Source of the DNA: Acidobacteriota bacterium
Lineage (GTDB): Bacteria > Acidobacteriota > UBA890 > WLXD01
Assembly: GCA_963666215.2 (NCBI GenBank)
Contig: CAXWPL010000002.1
Span: forward strand, 448,001-512,000
Reading direction: 5' to 3'
DNA length: 64,000 nt
The position numbers were made by a program, and so were the translations under genes. How positions within the stretch are numbered: position 1 is the first letter of the stretch; every line of letters starts with the position of its first letter. Positions 1 to 8,694 of the stretch are shown in pieces. The notes beneath the pieces are model-generated. The model did not search any database. It saw only the letters and a list, made by a program, of their open reading frames with translations, and was not told the origin of the DNA.

Positions 1-621
1 GAGGAGAGCGTTGCCGCAGGTACCCGCAGAATCGAAGCGGTCACTGGCCGCGCCGCCTTGCAGGCCACCCAGCGCTACCGCGACCTCGTGCGGCGAGCCG
101 CGAGCGGGGTGAAGGCCTCGGAGGACCAGCTACCCGACCACGTCGAACGCCTTGTGCAGCGTGCCCAGCAGGCCGAGCGAGCCGCCGAACAGCTGCGTTT
201 GGAGCTCGCCGCCGAGCGTGCGCAGGCGTCTCTGCGCGCTGCCGAGGGCGGATTCGGTGGCACAGAGGCTGCCGGGGAGGGGAGCGTGCAGGTTGACGGC
301 GTCCATTTGTTGCGGCAGCGCGTCGACGGCCTCGATCCAGCCGGTATGCGTAACCTGGCCGACGAGCTCAAGGAATCGCTCGGCAGTGGCGTTGTTGTGC
401 TCGCCTCCAGGCAGGGCGCCAAAGCGGGCTTCGTGGTTGGAGTCACCGCCGACCTGACGGCGCGGGTGGGGGCCGGTGACCTGGTCCGGCGGCTCGCGGC
501 CATCGTTGGCGGCGGTGGTGGCGGCAAGCCCGGGTTGGCTCAGGCCGGTGGTCCGGACGGAGAGCGCCTCGAGGAGGCGCTTGAAAAGGCTCCGGAGATC
601 CTGGCGGAGCTGCTACCGTAG
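1..621 (+). CDS. alaS: alanine--tRNA ligase, C-terminal part (partial, starts before window)
   Basis: Frame 1 open from base 1: EESVAAGTRRIEAVTG, then DHHA1 domain with GGGGGGKPGLAQAGG. Confidence 0.95.
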   Translation, partial: EESVAAGTRRIEAVTGRAALQATQRYRDLVRRAASGVKASEDQLPDHVERLVQRAQQAERAAEQLRLELAAERAQASLRAAEGGFGGTEAAGEGSVQVDGVHLLRQRVDGLDPAGMRNLADELKESLGSGVVVLASRQGAKAGFVVGVTADLTARVGAGDLVRRLAAIVGGGGGGKPGLAQAGGPDGERLEEALEKAPEILAELLP

Positions 622-720
622 AACGAGCGGCTGGCCCCAGTCAGTCGCTGCTGCGCAGAAATCCTCCCCGGTCTTGCGAGTCCCGAATACGGTGCAGGGG
701 CTCGATCAACAGGACCAGCC

Positions 721-1386
721 ATGCTTGCCTTTGGTTTACCGGGGGGCGGCGCCCGACTGCTGATGTCGGCTGCGGCCGCCGTGCTTGTTTCCGTGCTGCC
801 GGCGCTCGCCGGTGTTGCCGAGGCGCAGATCTACGTGGTCAAGCAGCCCGACGGGAGCCAGCGATTCACCACGCGTCCCGAGCCAGGGGCGGAGGTGTAC
901 ATCCGCACTCGGCACACCACCGTCACCGATGCGGCTGCCGCCGCGGACGCTCGGTTCGCTCGCCCTGTGCGTGTGACCGGACGGTTCAGCGACGAAATCA
1001 TCGCCGCCGCGATCGATCATCGGGTCGATCCCGAGTTGATCACCGCCGTGATCTCTGTGGAGTCCGCGTTCGACCCGCTCGCACGCTCTCATGTCGGGGC
1101 CCAGGGTCTGATGCAGCTGATGCCGGCGACGGCGCGCGAGCTTGGCGTTGCCGACGTTTGGGACCCTGAACAGAACATCGACGGCGGCACCCGTTACCTC
1201 GCCCGGTTGCTGAGGAAGTACGACGACACCGAGCTGGCGTTGGCGGCCTACAACGCCGGAGAGACTGCCGTGGAGCGCTACCGCGGGATTCCGCCCTACC
1301 AGGAGACTCAAAGCTACGTACGAAAAGTAGTCGAGACATACCGCCGCTATCGAGGTCTCGGTGGAGTGAGCGTATCCCGTAGGTGA
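721..1386 (+). CDS. lytic transglycosylase (SLT domain), exported
   Basis: Signal-like N-terminus; VISVESAF (catalytic E), GAQGLMQLMP, ALAAYNAG, IPPYQETQSYV motifs; true start may be ATG at 763. Confidence 0.9.
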   Translation: MLAFGLPGGGARLLMSAAAAVLVSVLPALAGVAEAQIYVVKQPDGSQRFTTRPEPGAEVYIRTRHTTVTDAAAAADARFARPVRVTGRFSDEIIAAAIDHRVDPELITAVISVESAFDPLARSHVGAQGLMQLMPATARELGVADVWDPEQNIDGGTRYLARLLRKYDDTELALAAYNAGETAVERYRGIPPYQETQSYVRKVVETYRRYRGLGGVSVSRR

Positions 1387-1453
1387 ACGCGTCTCTGCCC
1401 ATCTCCAGCCAGACGCTCACTGACGTGGCCGCGATCAATCTGCGGAGGCGGGA

Positions 1454-1483
1454 TTGCGGCGCTGTCGCGCCTCCGCATATACT
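1454..1483 (+). promoter_or_regulatory. possible sigma70-type promoter for amidase gene
   Basis: TTGCGG-N18-TATACT, overlapping a 10-bp inverted repeat (TGCGGAGGCG/CGCCTCCGCA, 1441-1477). Confidence 0.3.
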
Positions 1484-1564
1484 CAGCACGCTCTCATGAG
1501 CAGATGAGTTTCAGGGCGAAAGCGTAGCCAGCAGGTTGGGAGGCCTGGCAGGAGATGCACTGCC

Positions 1565-3403
1565 TTGCCCACCTCTCTGAGCACTCGCAGTCACGACGGC
1601 GCGGTTGATAGCAGGCCGCGCCGCGCCGGGGTCCTGCTCCTCGCAGTCGCGGGGATGCTTTTGGCAGGTCCCAATCCTGTTTTTGCCGGGATTGGCAACA
1701 ACAGCGCCGAGAGTTCGTTCGTGCGCGCCGAGACGCTGTATCGGCAGCTCGATGCGGTCGATCCGTTGGCCTATGAGACCGAGGCTTGGACAGCGCTCGC
1801 CGATGCCTACCTCGACATCTCGAACAGCTTTCCGGGTAGCCCGTTGGCGGCGCTGGCGCTCTGGCGCGTGGGTGACATCCACGAGCGCCGGCAGCTTGGC
1901 GGGGTAGACGACGCCTGGGTGCAGGCAGCCGCAAGCTACAGATCGCTGGTCGATCGGTATCCCGCCGCGGAACAGGCTCCCGCGGCCCTTTTGCGCCTCG
2001 GCCGTCTCGTTCAGGATGGACCGCAGGGGCAATCCGAGGCGGCAGCGCACTACTACACGTTGCTCGAGCGCTACCCGGATGTTCCCAAAACCGCAGAGGC
2101 GCGTCGGCGGCTCCTGGTGATCAACGACAACCAGGCGCTGCTGGCAAGTGCCGAGCCCGCGGCTTCCACTCCGCAGCCACGGCGCGCGAGCGATCGCCCC
2201 CTGGCTCCGGAAGTCTCAATGGATGACGGTGGCACGGGAAGCCGCGCCAACGCCGAGAGTCGTGAGAGCGAGATCGAGCTTCCCGCGATCCGCGACGGCG
2301 GCGGCATCGATCGGCGGGACAACGCGGTGCTGAGCCTGCGCCACTACTCCGACGACATTCACTCACGCGTCGTCATCGATCTGGAGCGTCCGCTGCGTCA
2401 TGAGGTGGGCGAAGTGAAAGACCCGGCGCGGCTATTCATTGACCTGCACGGGGCGGATCTGCCGGCGGATCTGCCGCGGGCCATGACCGTGGGCGGCGTG
2501 GCCTTGTCGCAGGTCCGCGTGGGCGTGAACCGCCCGGGCGTGGTTCGTGTGGTCCTCGACCTGGCTGCTGAGGCGCGGTACTCGGTGTTCACGCTCGCCG
2601 GCCCGGATCGGCTGGTCATTGACGTCGCGAGCCCCGAGATGTCGGCTCGCCTGGCAAGCGCGCGCCGGCCGTCGGCCGAAGTCGAAGATGTTGAAGCGCG
2701 TCCGCTGCAGCTCGATGTTCGGCGGATCGTCATCGATCCCGGCCACGGAGGTACGGCACCTGGCGCGATTGGGCACACCGGAGTAACCGAGAAGGAGCTG
2801 GCGCTCGATATTGCCAACCGTGTTGCCGAGAACCTCCGCAACGGCGGCTCGTACCAGGTGGAATTGACCCGCGACGACGATTCCAGCGTCGAGCTCGAAG
2901 ATCGCCCGTTACTGGCCAATCAGGTCGAGGCCGACCTCTTCGTGTCGATTCACATCAACGCTTCCGATAACCGCAAGCTCTCGGGCTTCGAAACGTACTA
3001 TCTGGATGGCACTGCCGGTGACACCACCGCAGCCGAGACCGCGGCGCGTGAAAACCAGACGGCAAGCGGTCGGACCAGCAGTCTCATGGCCATGGTCGAC
3101 AGTATCGTCAGGAACGCCCTGCGTCACGACTCGCGGGCGCTGGCCCATTCGATCCAAGACAGCCTGGTGATGCAGATGAGTCGCCACTACGGTGATGTGC
3201 GCGATCTGGGAGTGAAGCACGCGCCGTTCGTCGTGCTGGTGGGGGCCCGCATGCCGAGCGTCCTGATTGAGGCGTCGTTCATCAGCAACGAACAGGAAGA
3301 GCAGCGCCTGCGCACGGACGCGTATCGACAGCGCGTCGCAGACGCGATTTACGTTGGCATCGAGAGCTTCGTCGAGCAGCGCCGACTGACCGCGGCGTTC
3401 TAG
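1565..3403 (+). CDS. N-acetylmuramoyl-L-alanine amidase (TPR-like + AMIN + Amidase_3)
   Basis: IVIDPGHGG, EKELAL, FVSIHINAS, PSVLIEASFISN zinc-amidase motifs; AMIN-type RVVIDL/PDRLVIDV; helical N-terminal repeats. Confidence 0.9.
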   Translation: MPTSLSTRSHDGAVDSRPRRAGVLLLAVAGMLLAGPNPVFAGIGNNSAESSFVRAETLYRQLDAVDPLAYETEAWTALADAYLDISNSFPGSPLAALALWRVGDIHERRQLGGVDDAWVQAAASYRSLVDRYPAAEQAPAALLRLGRLVQDGPQGQSEAAAHYYTLLERYPDVPKTAEARRRLLVINDNQALLASAEPAASTPQPRRASDRPLAPEVSMDDGGTGSRANAESRESEIELPAIRDGGGIDRRDNAVLSLRHYSDDIHSRVVIDLERPLRHEVGEVKDPARLFIDLHGADLPADLPRAMTVGGVALSQVRVGVNRPGVVRVVLDLAAEARYSVFTLAGPDRLVIDVASPEMSARLASARRPSAEVEDVEARPLQLDVRRIVIDPGHGGTAPGAIGHTGVTEKELALDIANRVAENLRNGGSYQVELTRDDDSSVELEDRPLLANQVEADLFVSIHINASDNRKLSGFETYYLDGTAGDTTAAETAARENQTASGRTSSLMAMVDSIVRNALRHDSRALAHSIQDSLVMQMSRHYGDVRDLGVKHAPFVVLVGARMPSVLIEASFISNEQEEQRLRTDAYRQRVADAIYVGIESFVEQRRLTAAF

Positions 3404-3531
3404 AGAGCGCGGAGAGCGAGGGCAGCGTAGGGTACGGCGCCACACGAGGGTGCTGTTCTTCGAGATCGCGATTTCAGGGCCCGCCCGCCCCCGCGATCGC
3501 CCTCGCCCCTCTGCCCTGGATTCCCTTCGAC

Positions 3532-3981
3532 CTACACGACTGTTTGCTGCGCGCCAACCAGGGGGCGGTAGCTGGCACTGAAGCCCGCCGCCTCGCCGAT
3601 CGTGATCTGGCTGACCTCGAGCTCTTCAGGCAGGTGTTGCCCGAGCTCGCGAGCAAGCTCGACGGCTACCTCCTCGGCGGTCGGGTTGATGCGATCGAAG
3701 GGCGGCACATCGTTGAGGCTGCGCCCGCGATAGCGCGCCACCCAGCCGGCGAGCAGGTCGTGTGCGGTCGCTACCACGGGTTCGGGCGGGCCATGATCGC
3801 CCTGCCAGTCGAGGTGGGCGCAGGCGCGCCAGTGATGCACATGAACCGGCTCCAGAGTACCGCGCGCGCGCGCGTCGATCCGGATGCGATGTGCGGCCGG
3901 GAATCCGATTTCGATTCGCACGCGCAAAGTCGGTCTCCAGGTTTGAGGGCTCCGCGACCCCGATGGCAGCGAAGCGCCCAT
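3532..3981 (-). CDS. 6-pyruvoyl-tetrahydropterin synthase / QueD-family protein
   Basis: FPAAH, EPVHVH, LNDVPPF, NPTAEE and C-terminal E...SASY match the PTPS/QueD fold. Confidence 0.75.
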   Translation of the reverse strand: MGASLPSGSRSPQTWRPTLRVRIEIGFPAAHRIRIDARARGTLEPVHVHHWRACAHLDWQGDHGPPEPVVATAHDLLAGWVARYRGRSLNDVPPFDRINPTAEEVAVELARELGQHLPEELEVSQITIGEAAGFSASYRPLVGAQQTVV

Positions 3982-4200
3982 TGTGTCGGCTGCTCACGAC
4001 GTGGCCGCCAAGAGGAATACACTCTATTCGACCTCGGGCTCGCGCTTGATCGGGCTCGGTAGCGCGACAGCGCTGTGCCGGGGCGCGCGAATGGGCGGTT
4101 TGGTCGGGGTCGCTCGGTGGGTAGAATCAACCAGTGGTAGCGAAGAACGCCGTAGGTTCACGTCGGCCAGTCGAGATCCCTGAATGACGAGCGGCGAGCA

Positions 4201-4815
4201 GTGAACAGGCAAGCCAAGCCCACAATCACGGTCGCTGGTGCCGCGTCGGAGGAGGCAGCCGGCGCTTCGGGCATGGGAACGCTGATAACGCTGCCGAACG
4301 CGCTGACTGCGCTCCGCATCTTCCTCGTTCCGGTGCTCGTGGTCGTGGTGCTCACGCGCTACGAACGCACGGGGTTCGCGATCTTCGTCGCCGCGTCGGC
4401 TACCGACTGGCTCGACGGCCACCTTGCACGCAAGCGGCAGCAGGTGACCACACTCGGCAAGCTGCTCGATCCGCTGGCCGACAAGTTGCTGATCTGTGCC
4501 GCCTTCATCTCGTTGGTGGAGCTCGGCCTCGCGCCGGCCTGGATGGTGGTGGTCGTCGTCGGCCGCGAGCTCGCGGTGACAGGCCTGCGGGCGGTAGCCG
4601 CAGATCAAGGAGTGACGATTCCAGCCTCGCCCATTGGCAAGTACAAGATGGCGGCCCAGGTGGTCGCGGTGGGCATCCTGATTCTGGGATCGCAGATGGG
4701 CAGATTCATCGTCCTCGGCGAGATGGCGCTCTGGGTGGTCGTCGTGCTGGCGATCGTCTCGATGGGAATGTACTTCGCCCGCTTCTGGCAGCGCCTGGGC
4801 CTGGGAAGCTCCTAA
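4201..4815 (+). CDS. pgsA: CDP-diacylglycerol--glycerol-3-phosphate 3-phosphatidyltransferase
   Basis: LPNALTALRI and TDWLDGHLARK...LGKLLDPLADK CDP-alcohol phosphotransferase motif; start may be ATG at 4273. Confidence 0.92.
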   Translation: MNRQAKPTITVAGAASEEAAGASGMGTLITLPNALTALRIFLVPVLVVVVLTRYERTGFAIFVAASATDWLDGHLARKRQQVTTLGKLLDPLADKLLICAAFISLVELGLAPAWMVVVVVGRELAVTGLRAVAADQGVTIPASPIGKYKMAAQVVAVGILILGSQMGRFIVLGEMALWVVVVLAIVSMGMYFARFWQRLGLGSS

Positions 4816-4913
4816 CCGTCTTTCGAGATCCCGGGATAGCCTCTCCAGGCGTGGGCGGCGCCGTCGGATTGCGCACTCCTGAGTATCGGGCGCATGGTCG
4901 GATCCAACGCCTA

Positions 4914-5091
4914 CTGGGCGTGGGCGGCACGGACGGACACACCCCCTCCTAGGCGATTGGCTGCGAGTAGTGGCCGCGGGCCGGGCCGGCGGCTCGAGTC
5001 AAGTGACGATCTTTGCCCGCGGCGATTTGTCGTTGCGCAGGGCATCGCTACGGAGAGGGTGTATCCGTCCGAGCTCTCCTCCCAAGCCCAG
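4914..5091. repeat. long imperfect inverted repeat (rod-like hairpin element / possible MITE or ncRNA)
   Basis: Nested complementary arms: 4914-4924/5081-5091, 4930-4949/5052-5071 (18 of 20), GCGAT/ATCGC, CTGCG/CGCAG, 4973-4981/5015-5023 (9 of 9). Confidence 0.75.
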
Positions 5092-5164
5092 CACCCACGA
5101 CCCGCCACCTTTGGCTACTGTCCGGCCACGACAGGATGCCCTGAGGACCTGCCGCAGTGAGATC

Positions 5165-6703
5165 TCAGCTCGAAGACTTCAGCCAGTCCACCAGCAGCCG
5201 CACCCCGAAGCCCGTGCCGCCGCGCGTGCGGTAGCCGCTCCCCTTGTCCAAATAGGCCGGCCCGGCGATGTCGAGGTGTGCCCAAGGTGTGTCACCAACG
5301 AAGTTCTGGAGGAACTTGCCCGCGGTGAGGGCTCCTGCGTAGCGGCCTCCGGTGTTCTTGATGTCGGCGACCTTGCTGTCGATCAGATCCTGGTAGACGT
5401 CGAATAGAGGCAGACGCCAGATGGTGTCGCCGGTGCGATGCGAAGCTGCCAATAGGTCGGTGGCGAGGTGGTCGTGATCGCTCATCAGGCCCGCGACGGT
5501 CTCTCCAAGCGCCACGACACAGGCTCCCGTGAGCGTTGCGAGGTCGACCATGGCACGCGGCTGGAAGCGTTCGACGGTGTAGGCCAGGGCGTCGGCGAGG
5601 ACGAGCCGTCCCTCGGCGTCGGTGTTGAGCACCTCGATGGTCTTGCCGTTGAGCGCTCGAATGATGTCGCCAGGACGATAAGCGTCGGCCGACGGCATGT
5701 TCTCGGCCATCGGCACGACTCCCACGACGGTGGTCGGCAGATCGAGTTGGGCTACCGCGCGCATGGTCGCCAGCACCGCGGCCGCTCCCGACATGTCGGC
5801 CTTCATCTCGTCCATCTTGGCGGGTGGCTTCAAGGAGATCCCGCCGGTGTCGAAGGTGATTCCCTTGCCGACGAGGGCGGTCGGCTGCCCGTCTGCGTTC
5901 CTGCCGCGATGCTGCAGCACGACCAGTCGGGGCTCGACCGAGGACCCGCGACCGACTGCGAGCAACGCGTTCATGCCCAGAGCTTCGATCGCGGGCTCGT
6001 CGAGGATCTCGCATTCCAGGCCGCATTCTGCAGCCATTTTGGCGGCGGCATTGGCGAGCTGTGGCGGGCGTTTGTCGTTGGGCGGAGTGTTGATGAGCTC
6101 ACGTGCCCAGCAGGTAGCGTCGGCGATGATCCGGGCCTGGTCGACTGCTTCGGTCAGGCTGGCCAGGCTTGCAGGATCGGAAGAAGCGTCACCGACGGTG
6201 GCCACGGTGATCGCTTCGAGCTCTGTCGCATCTTTGATCGGCTTGTACGCCGTGTAGCGGTACGTGGTCAGTCGCGCAGCCTCTGTAGCTGCTGCGGCGA
6301 GCTCTTCGAGGTTCGCCACGGCGCTGGCGGTGCCCGCCCCGATTACCAGGCTGTGGGCGCCACGCGCGCGGCTGGTCCGCGTGGCCGAGGCGATCGAGCG
6401 CCGCCAGGTCTCCAGGTCGATGTCGCCGGCCGGGCCGAGTCCGACGAGCACCAGATCGGTGAAACGGGCCTTTCCGGTGTCGTGGCCGTCGGTTGGTACC
6501 GCCACGCAGCGGTTCGCTTTCCCGGTGAAAGCCCGGCTGGCCAGCGTTCGAGTGATGAGACCACCGCACGCCTCGTCGAGCGCTTCCCAGGGCGTCGGAC
6601 CGGTCTGTGGAGACTCCGGCCGCGACGCTTCCTCGCTGAAGGCCAACACGAGGGCGTCGGCCTCGAGCTCTTCTATCGGTGCTTCCGCGACCCTTGCCTG
6701 CAT
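5165..6703 (-). CDS. pepA: leucyl aminopeptidase (M17)
   Basis: VGKGITFDTGG, MKADMSGAA, NTDAEGRL, DLATLTGA, WAHLDIAG; start placed at ATG 6703 just after the dcd stop. Confidence 0.95.
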   Translation of the reverse strand: MQARVAEAPIEELEADALVLAFSEEASRPESPQTGPTPWEALDEACGGLITRTLASRAFTGKANRCVAVPTDGHDTGKARFTDLVLVGLGPAGDIDLETWRRSIASATRTSRARGAHSLVIGAGTASAVANLEELAAAATEAARLTTYRYTAYKPIKDATELEAITVATVGDASSDPASLASLTEAVDQARIIADATCWARELINTPPNDKRPPQLANAAAKMAAECGLECEILDEPAIEALGMNALLAVGRGSSVEPRLVVLQHRGRNADGQPTALVGKGITFDTGGISLKPPAKMDEMKADMSGAAAVLATMRAVAQLDLPTTVVGVVPMAENMPSADAYRPGDIIRALNGKTIEVLNTDAEGRLVLADALAYTVERFQPRAMVDLATLTGACVVALGETVAGLMSDHDHLATDLLAASHRTGDTIWRLPLFDVYQDLIDSKVADIKNTGGRYAGALTAGKFLQNFVGDTPWAHLDIAGPAYLDKGSGYRTRGGTGFGVRLLVDWLKSSS

Positions 6704-6719
6704 CGGTTGAGACTCCGGT

Positions 6720-7277
6720 TCAAATGCGCGGTGCGGTGATGCCGGTTTGCGCCTGGTACTTGCCCTTGCGGTCGGCGTAGGAGATTGCACACGGCTCGTC
6801 GCCGCTGAAAAAGAGAAGCTGGGCGATACCTTCGTGCGCGTAAATCTTGGCAGGGAGTGGCGTCGTGTTGGAGATCTCGAGCGTAATGTGGCCCTCCCAC
6901 TCGGGCTCGAGCGGTGTCACGTTGGTGATGATGCCGCAGCGCGCGTAAGTTGACTTGCCGACGCATACCACGAGCGTCTCGCGCGGAATGCGGAAGTACT
7001 CCAGCGAGCGCGCCAACGCGAAGGAGTTCGGCGGGATGATGCAGGTATCGCCGCGGTGGTCGACGACCATCGAGTCGACATCGAAGTTCTTCGGGTCGAC
7101 GATCGTGTTGCTGATGTTGGTGAAGATCTTGAACTCGTCGGCGATGCGCAGATCGTATCCGTACGAAGAGACCCCGTAGGAGATGATGTTCTCGGATACT
7201 TGGCCGTCCTCGAACGGTTCGATCATCCGTTGCTCGGTCGCCATCTTCCGGATCCAATGGTCCGGCTTGATGCCCAT
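6720..7277 (-). CDS. dcd: dCTP deaminase
   Basis: [38 protein letters not shown]. Confidence 0.96.
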   Translation of the reverse strand: MGIKPDHWIRKMATEQRMIEPFEDGQVSENIISYGVSSYGYDLRIADEFKIFTNISNTIVDPKNFDVDSMVVDHRGDTCIIPPNSFALARSLEYFRIPRETLVVCVGKSTYARCGIITNVTPLEPEWEGHITLEISNTTPLPAKIYAHEGIAQLLFFSGDEPCAISYADRKGKYQAQTGITAPRI

Positions 7278-7535
7278 TCGTGGTTACCCTCTCGATCGGC
7301 TCGGCTGAGCGTTGTGGCCGTCGCCAGGTTTCGCGACGTGTCGCGAAGTGTCGCCAGGCCGACGGCGCTGTGTGGCGGTTCCAGCTGACGTTCAGGGCGC
7401 GCCCGGCAGCCGGACGCGGTCGTGGACGTGGCGTCTATAATTGCGCACGACGGCAGCCTGCGTGACCCGTAGCCGCCCCCGCGACATGCACCGCGCCCGC
7501 GTCGCGTCCCGTTCCCTTTACGAATCGATCGAGCA

Positions 7536-8684
7536 GTGGACTTCAAACCGAGCCAAGAGCAGGCGCTCATCGCGTCGACCGTGCGCGAGTTTGCCGAGAC
7601 CGCGATCGGGCCGCATGTTCGCGACTGGGATGAGCAGCAGGCGTTTCCAGACTCGATCCTGGCGCAAATGGGTGAGCTCGGGTTGCTGGGGGTCATGGTG
7701 CCCGAGGAGCTCGGCGGAGCCGCATTAGGGCCTCTCGAGTTGGCCACTGTTATCGAGGAGCTGGCGCGAGTCGATCCATCGGTCGCGCTCGCGGCCGCCG
7801 CGCACAACGGACTGTGCATTGGCCATCTGCTGGTTGCCGCGGACGAGGAGCAACGACAGCGCTACTTGCCGAAGCTCGCCACGGGTGAGTGGATCGGCTG
7901 TTGGGGGCTGACCGAGCCGCAGGCCGGCTCCGATGCCGCCGGGACGCAGACTCGAGCCCACTGGAGCGACTCGGCCGGCACCTGGCAGATCAACGGTTCC
8001 AAGACCTTCAACACCAACGGATCGCGCTCCCAGGTGGCCGTCATTCACGCGGTGACCGATCCCGACAAGGGCAACAAGGGGATCTCGGCTTTCGTCGTCG
8101 AGCGCGGCACAGCGGGCTTCAGCGTTGGCCGCAAAGAAGACAAGCTAGGAATGCGTGCCAGCGACACCGTTGAGCTGCTGCTCGAGGACTGTGAAGTGCC
8201 GGCGGAGAACCTGGTGGGGAGGCGCGACCTGGGCTTCGTCGACGCTCTCAAGGTTCTCGACGGCGGTCGCATCAGCATCGGTGCGCTGGCGGTGGGTATC
8301 GCCCAAGGGGCCATGGAAGCCGCGGTGAGCTATGTGCACGAACGCACCCAGTTCGGGCGCCCGATCGGCCGCTTCGGGGCGATTCGGGACAAGCTGGCAC
8401 GCATGGCCGCCGAGGTGCGAGCGGCGCGTGGGCTGGTGTGGCGAGCCGCCCAGCTGCGTCATCACGAACGCCCCTTCAAGCTGGCGGCGTCGATCGCCAA
8501 GCTGTACTCCAGTGAGGTCGCGATGCGCGCCTCCGAGGAGGCGGTGCAGATTCTTGGCGGCTATGGATACGTCAAGGATTATCCGGTGGAGAAGTACTTC
8601 CGCGACGCCAAGCTGTGCACCATTGGTGAGGGGACCTCGGAGGTCCAGCGCATGGTCATCGCACGACAGTTGCTGGCGAGCTAG
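7536..8684 (+). CDS. acyl-CoA dehydrogenase
   Basis: GLTEPQAGSDA, INGSK, KLGMRASDT, GGYGYVKDYPVEKYFRDAK, IGEGTSEVQR. Confidence 0.95.
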   Translation: MDFKPSQEQALIASTVREFAETAIGPHVRDWDEQQAFPDSILAQMGELGLLGVMVPEELGGAALGPLELATVIEELARVDPSVALAAAAHNGLCIGHLLVAADEEQRQRYLPKLATGEWIGCWGLTEPQAGSDAAGTQTRAHWSDSAGTWQINGSKTFNTNGSRSQVAVIHAVTDPDKGNKGISAFVVERGTAGFSVGRKEDKLGMRASDTVELLLEDCEVPAENLVGRRDLGFVDALKVLDGGRISIGALAVGIAQGAMEAAVSYVHERTQFGRPIGRFGAIRDKLARMAAEVRAARGLVWRAAQLRHHERPFKLAASIAKLYSSEVAMRASEEAVQILGGYGYVKDYPVEKYFRDAKLCTIGEGTSEVQRMVIARQLLAS

Positions 8685-8694
8685 AGCGTAGCCA

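Noticed and set aside
1487-1525. Hammerhead-like string ACGCTC...CAGATGAG...CGAAAGCGT upstream of the amidase
   Set aside because: Core reads CAGAUGA rather than CUGAUGA, and stems I and II cannot form properly; most likely chance
3412-3506. GCGAGGGC/GCCCTCGC inverted repeat after the amidase
   Set aside because: Only 8 bp across a long loop in GC-rich DNA; not distinguishable from background
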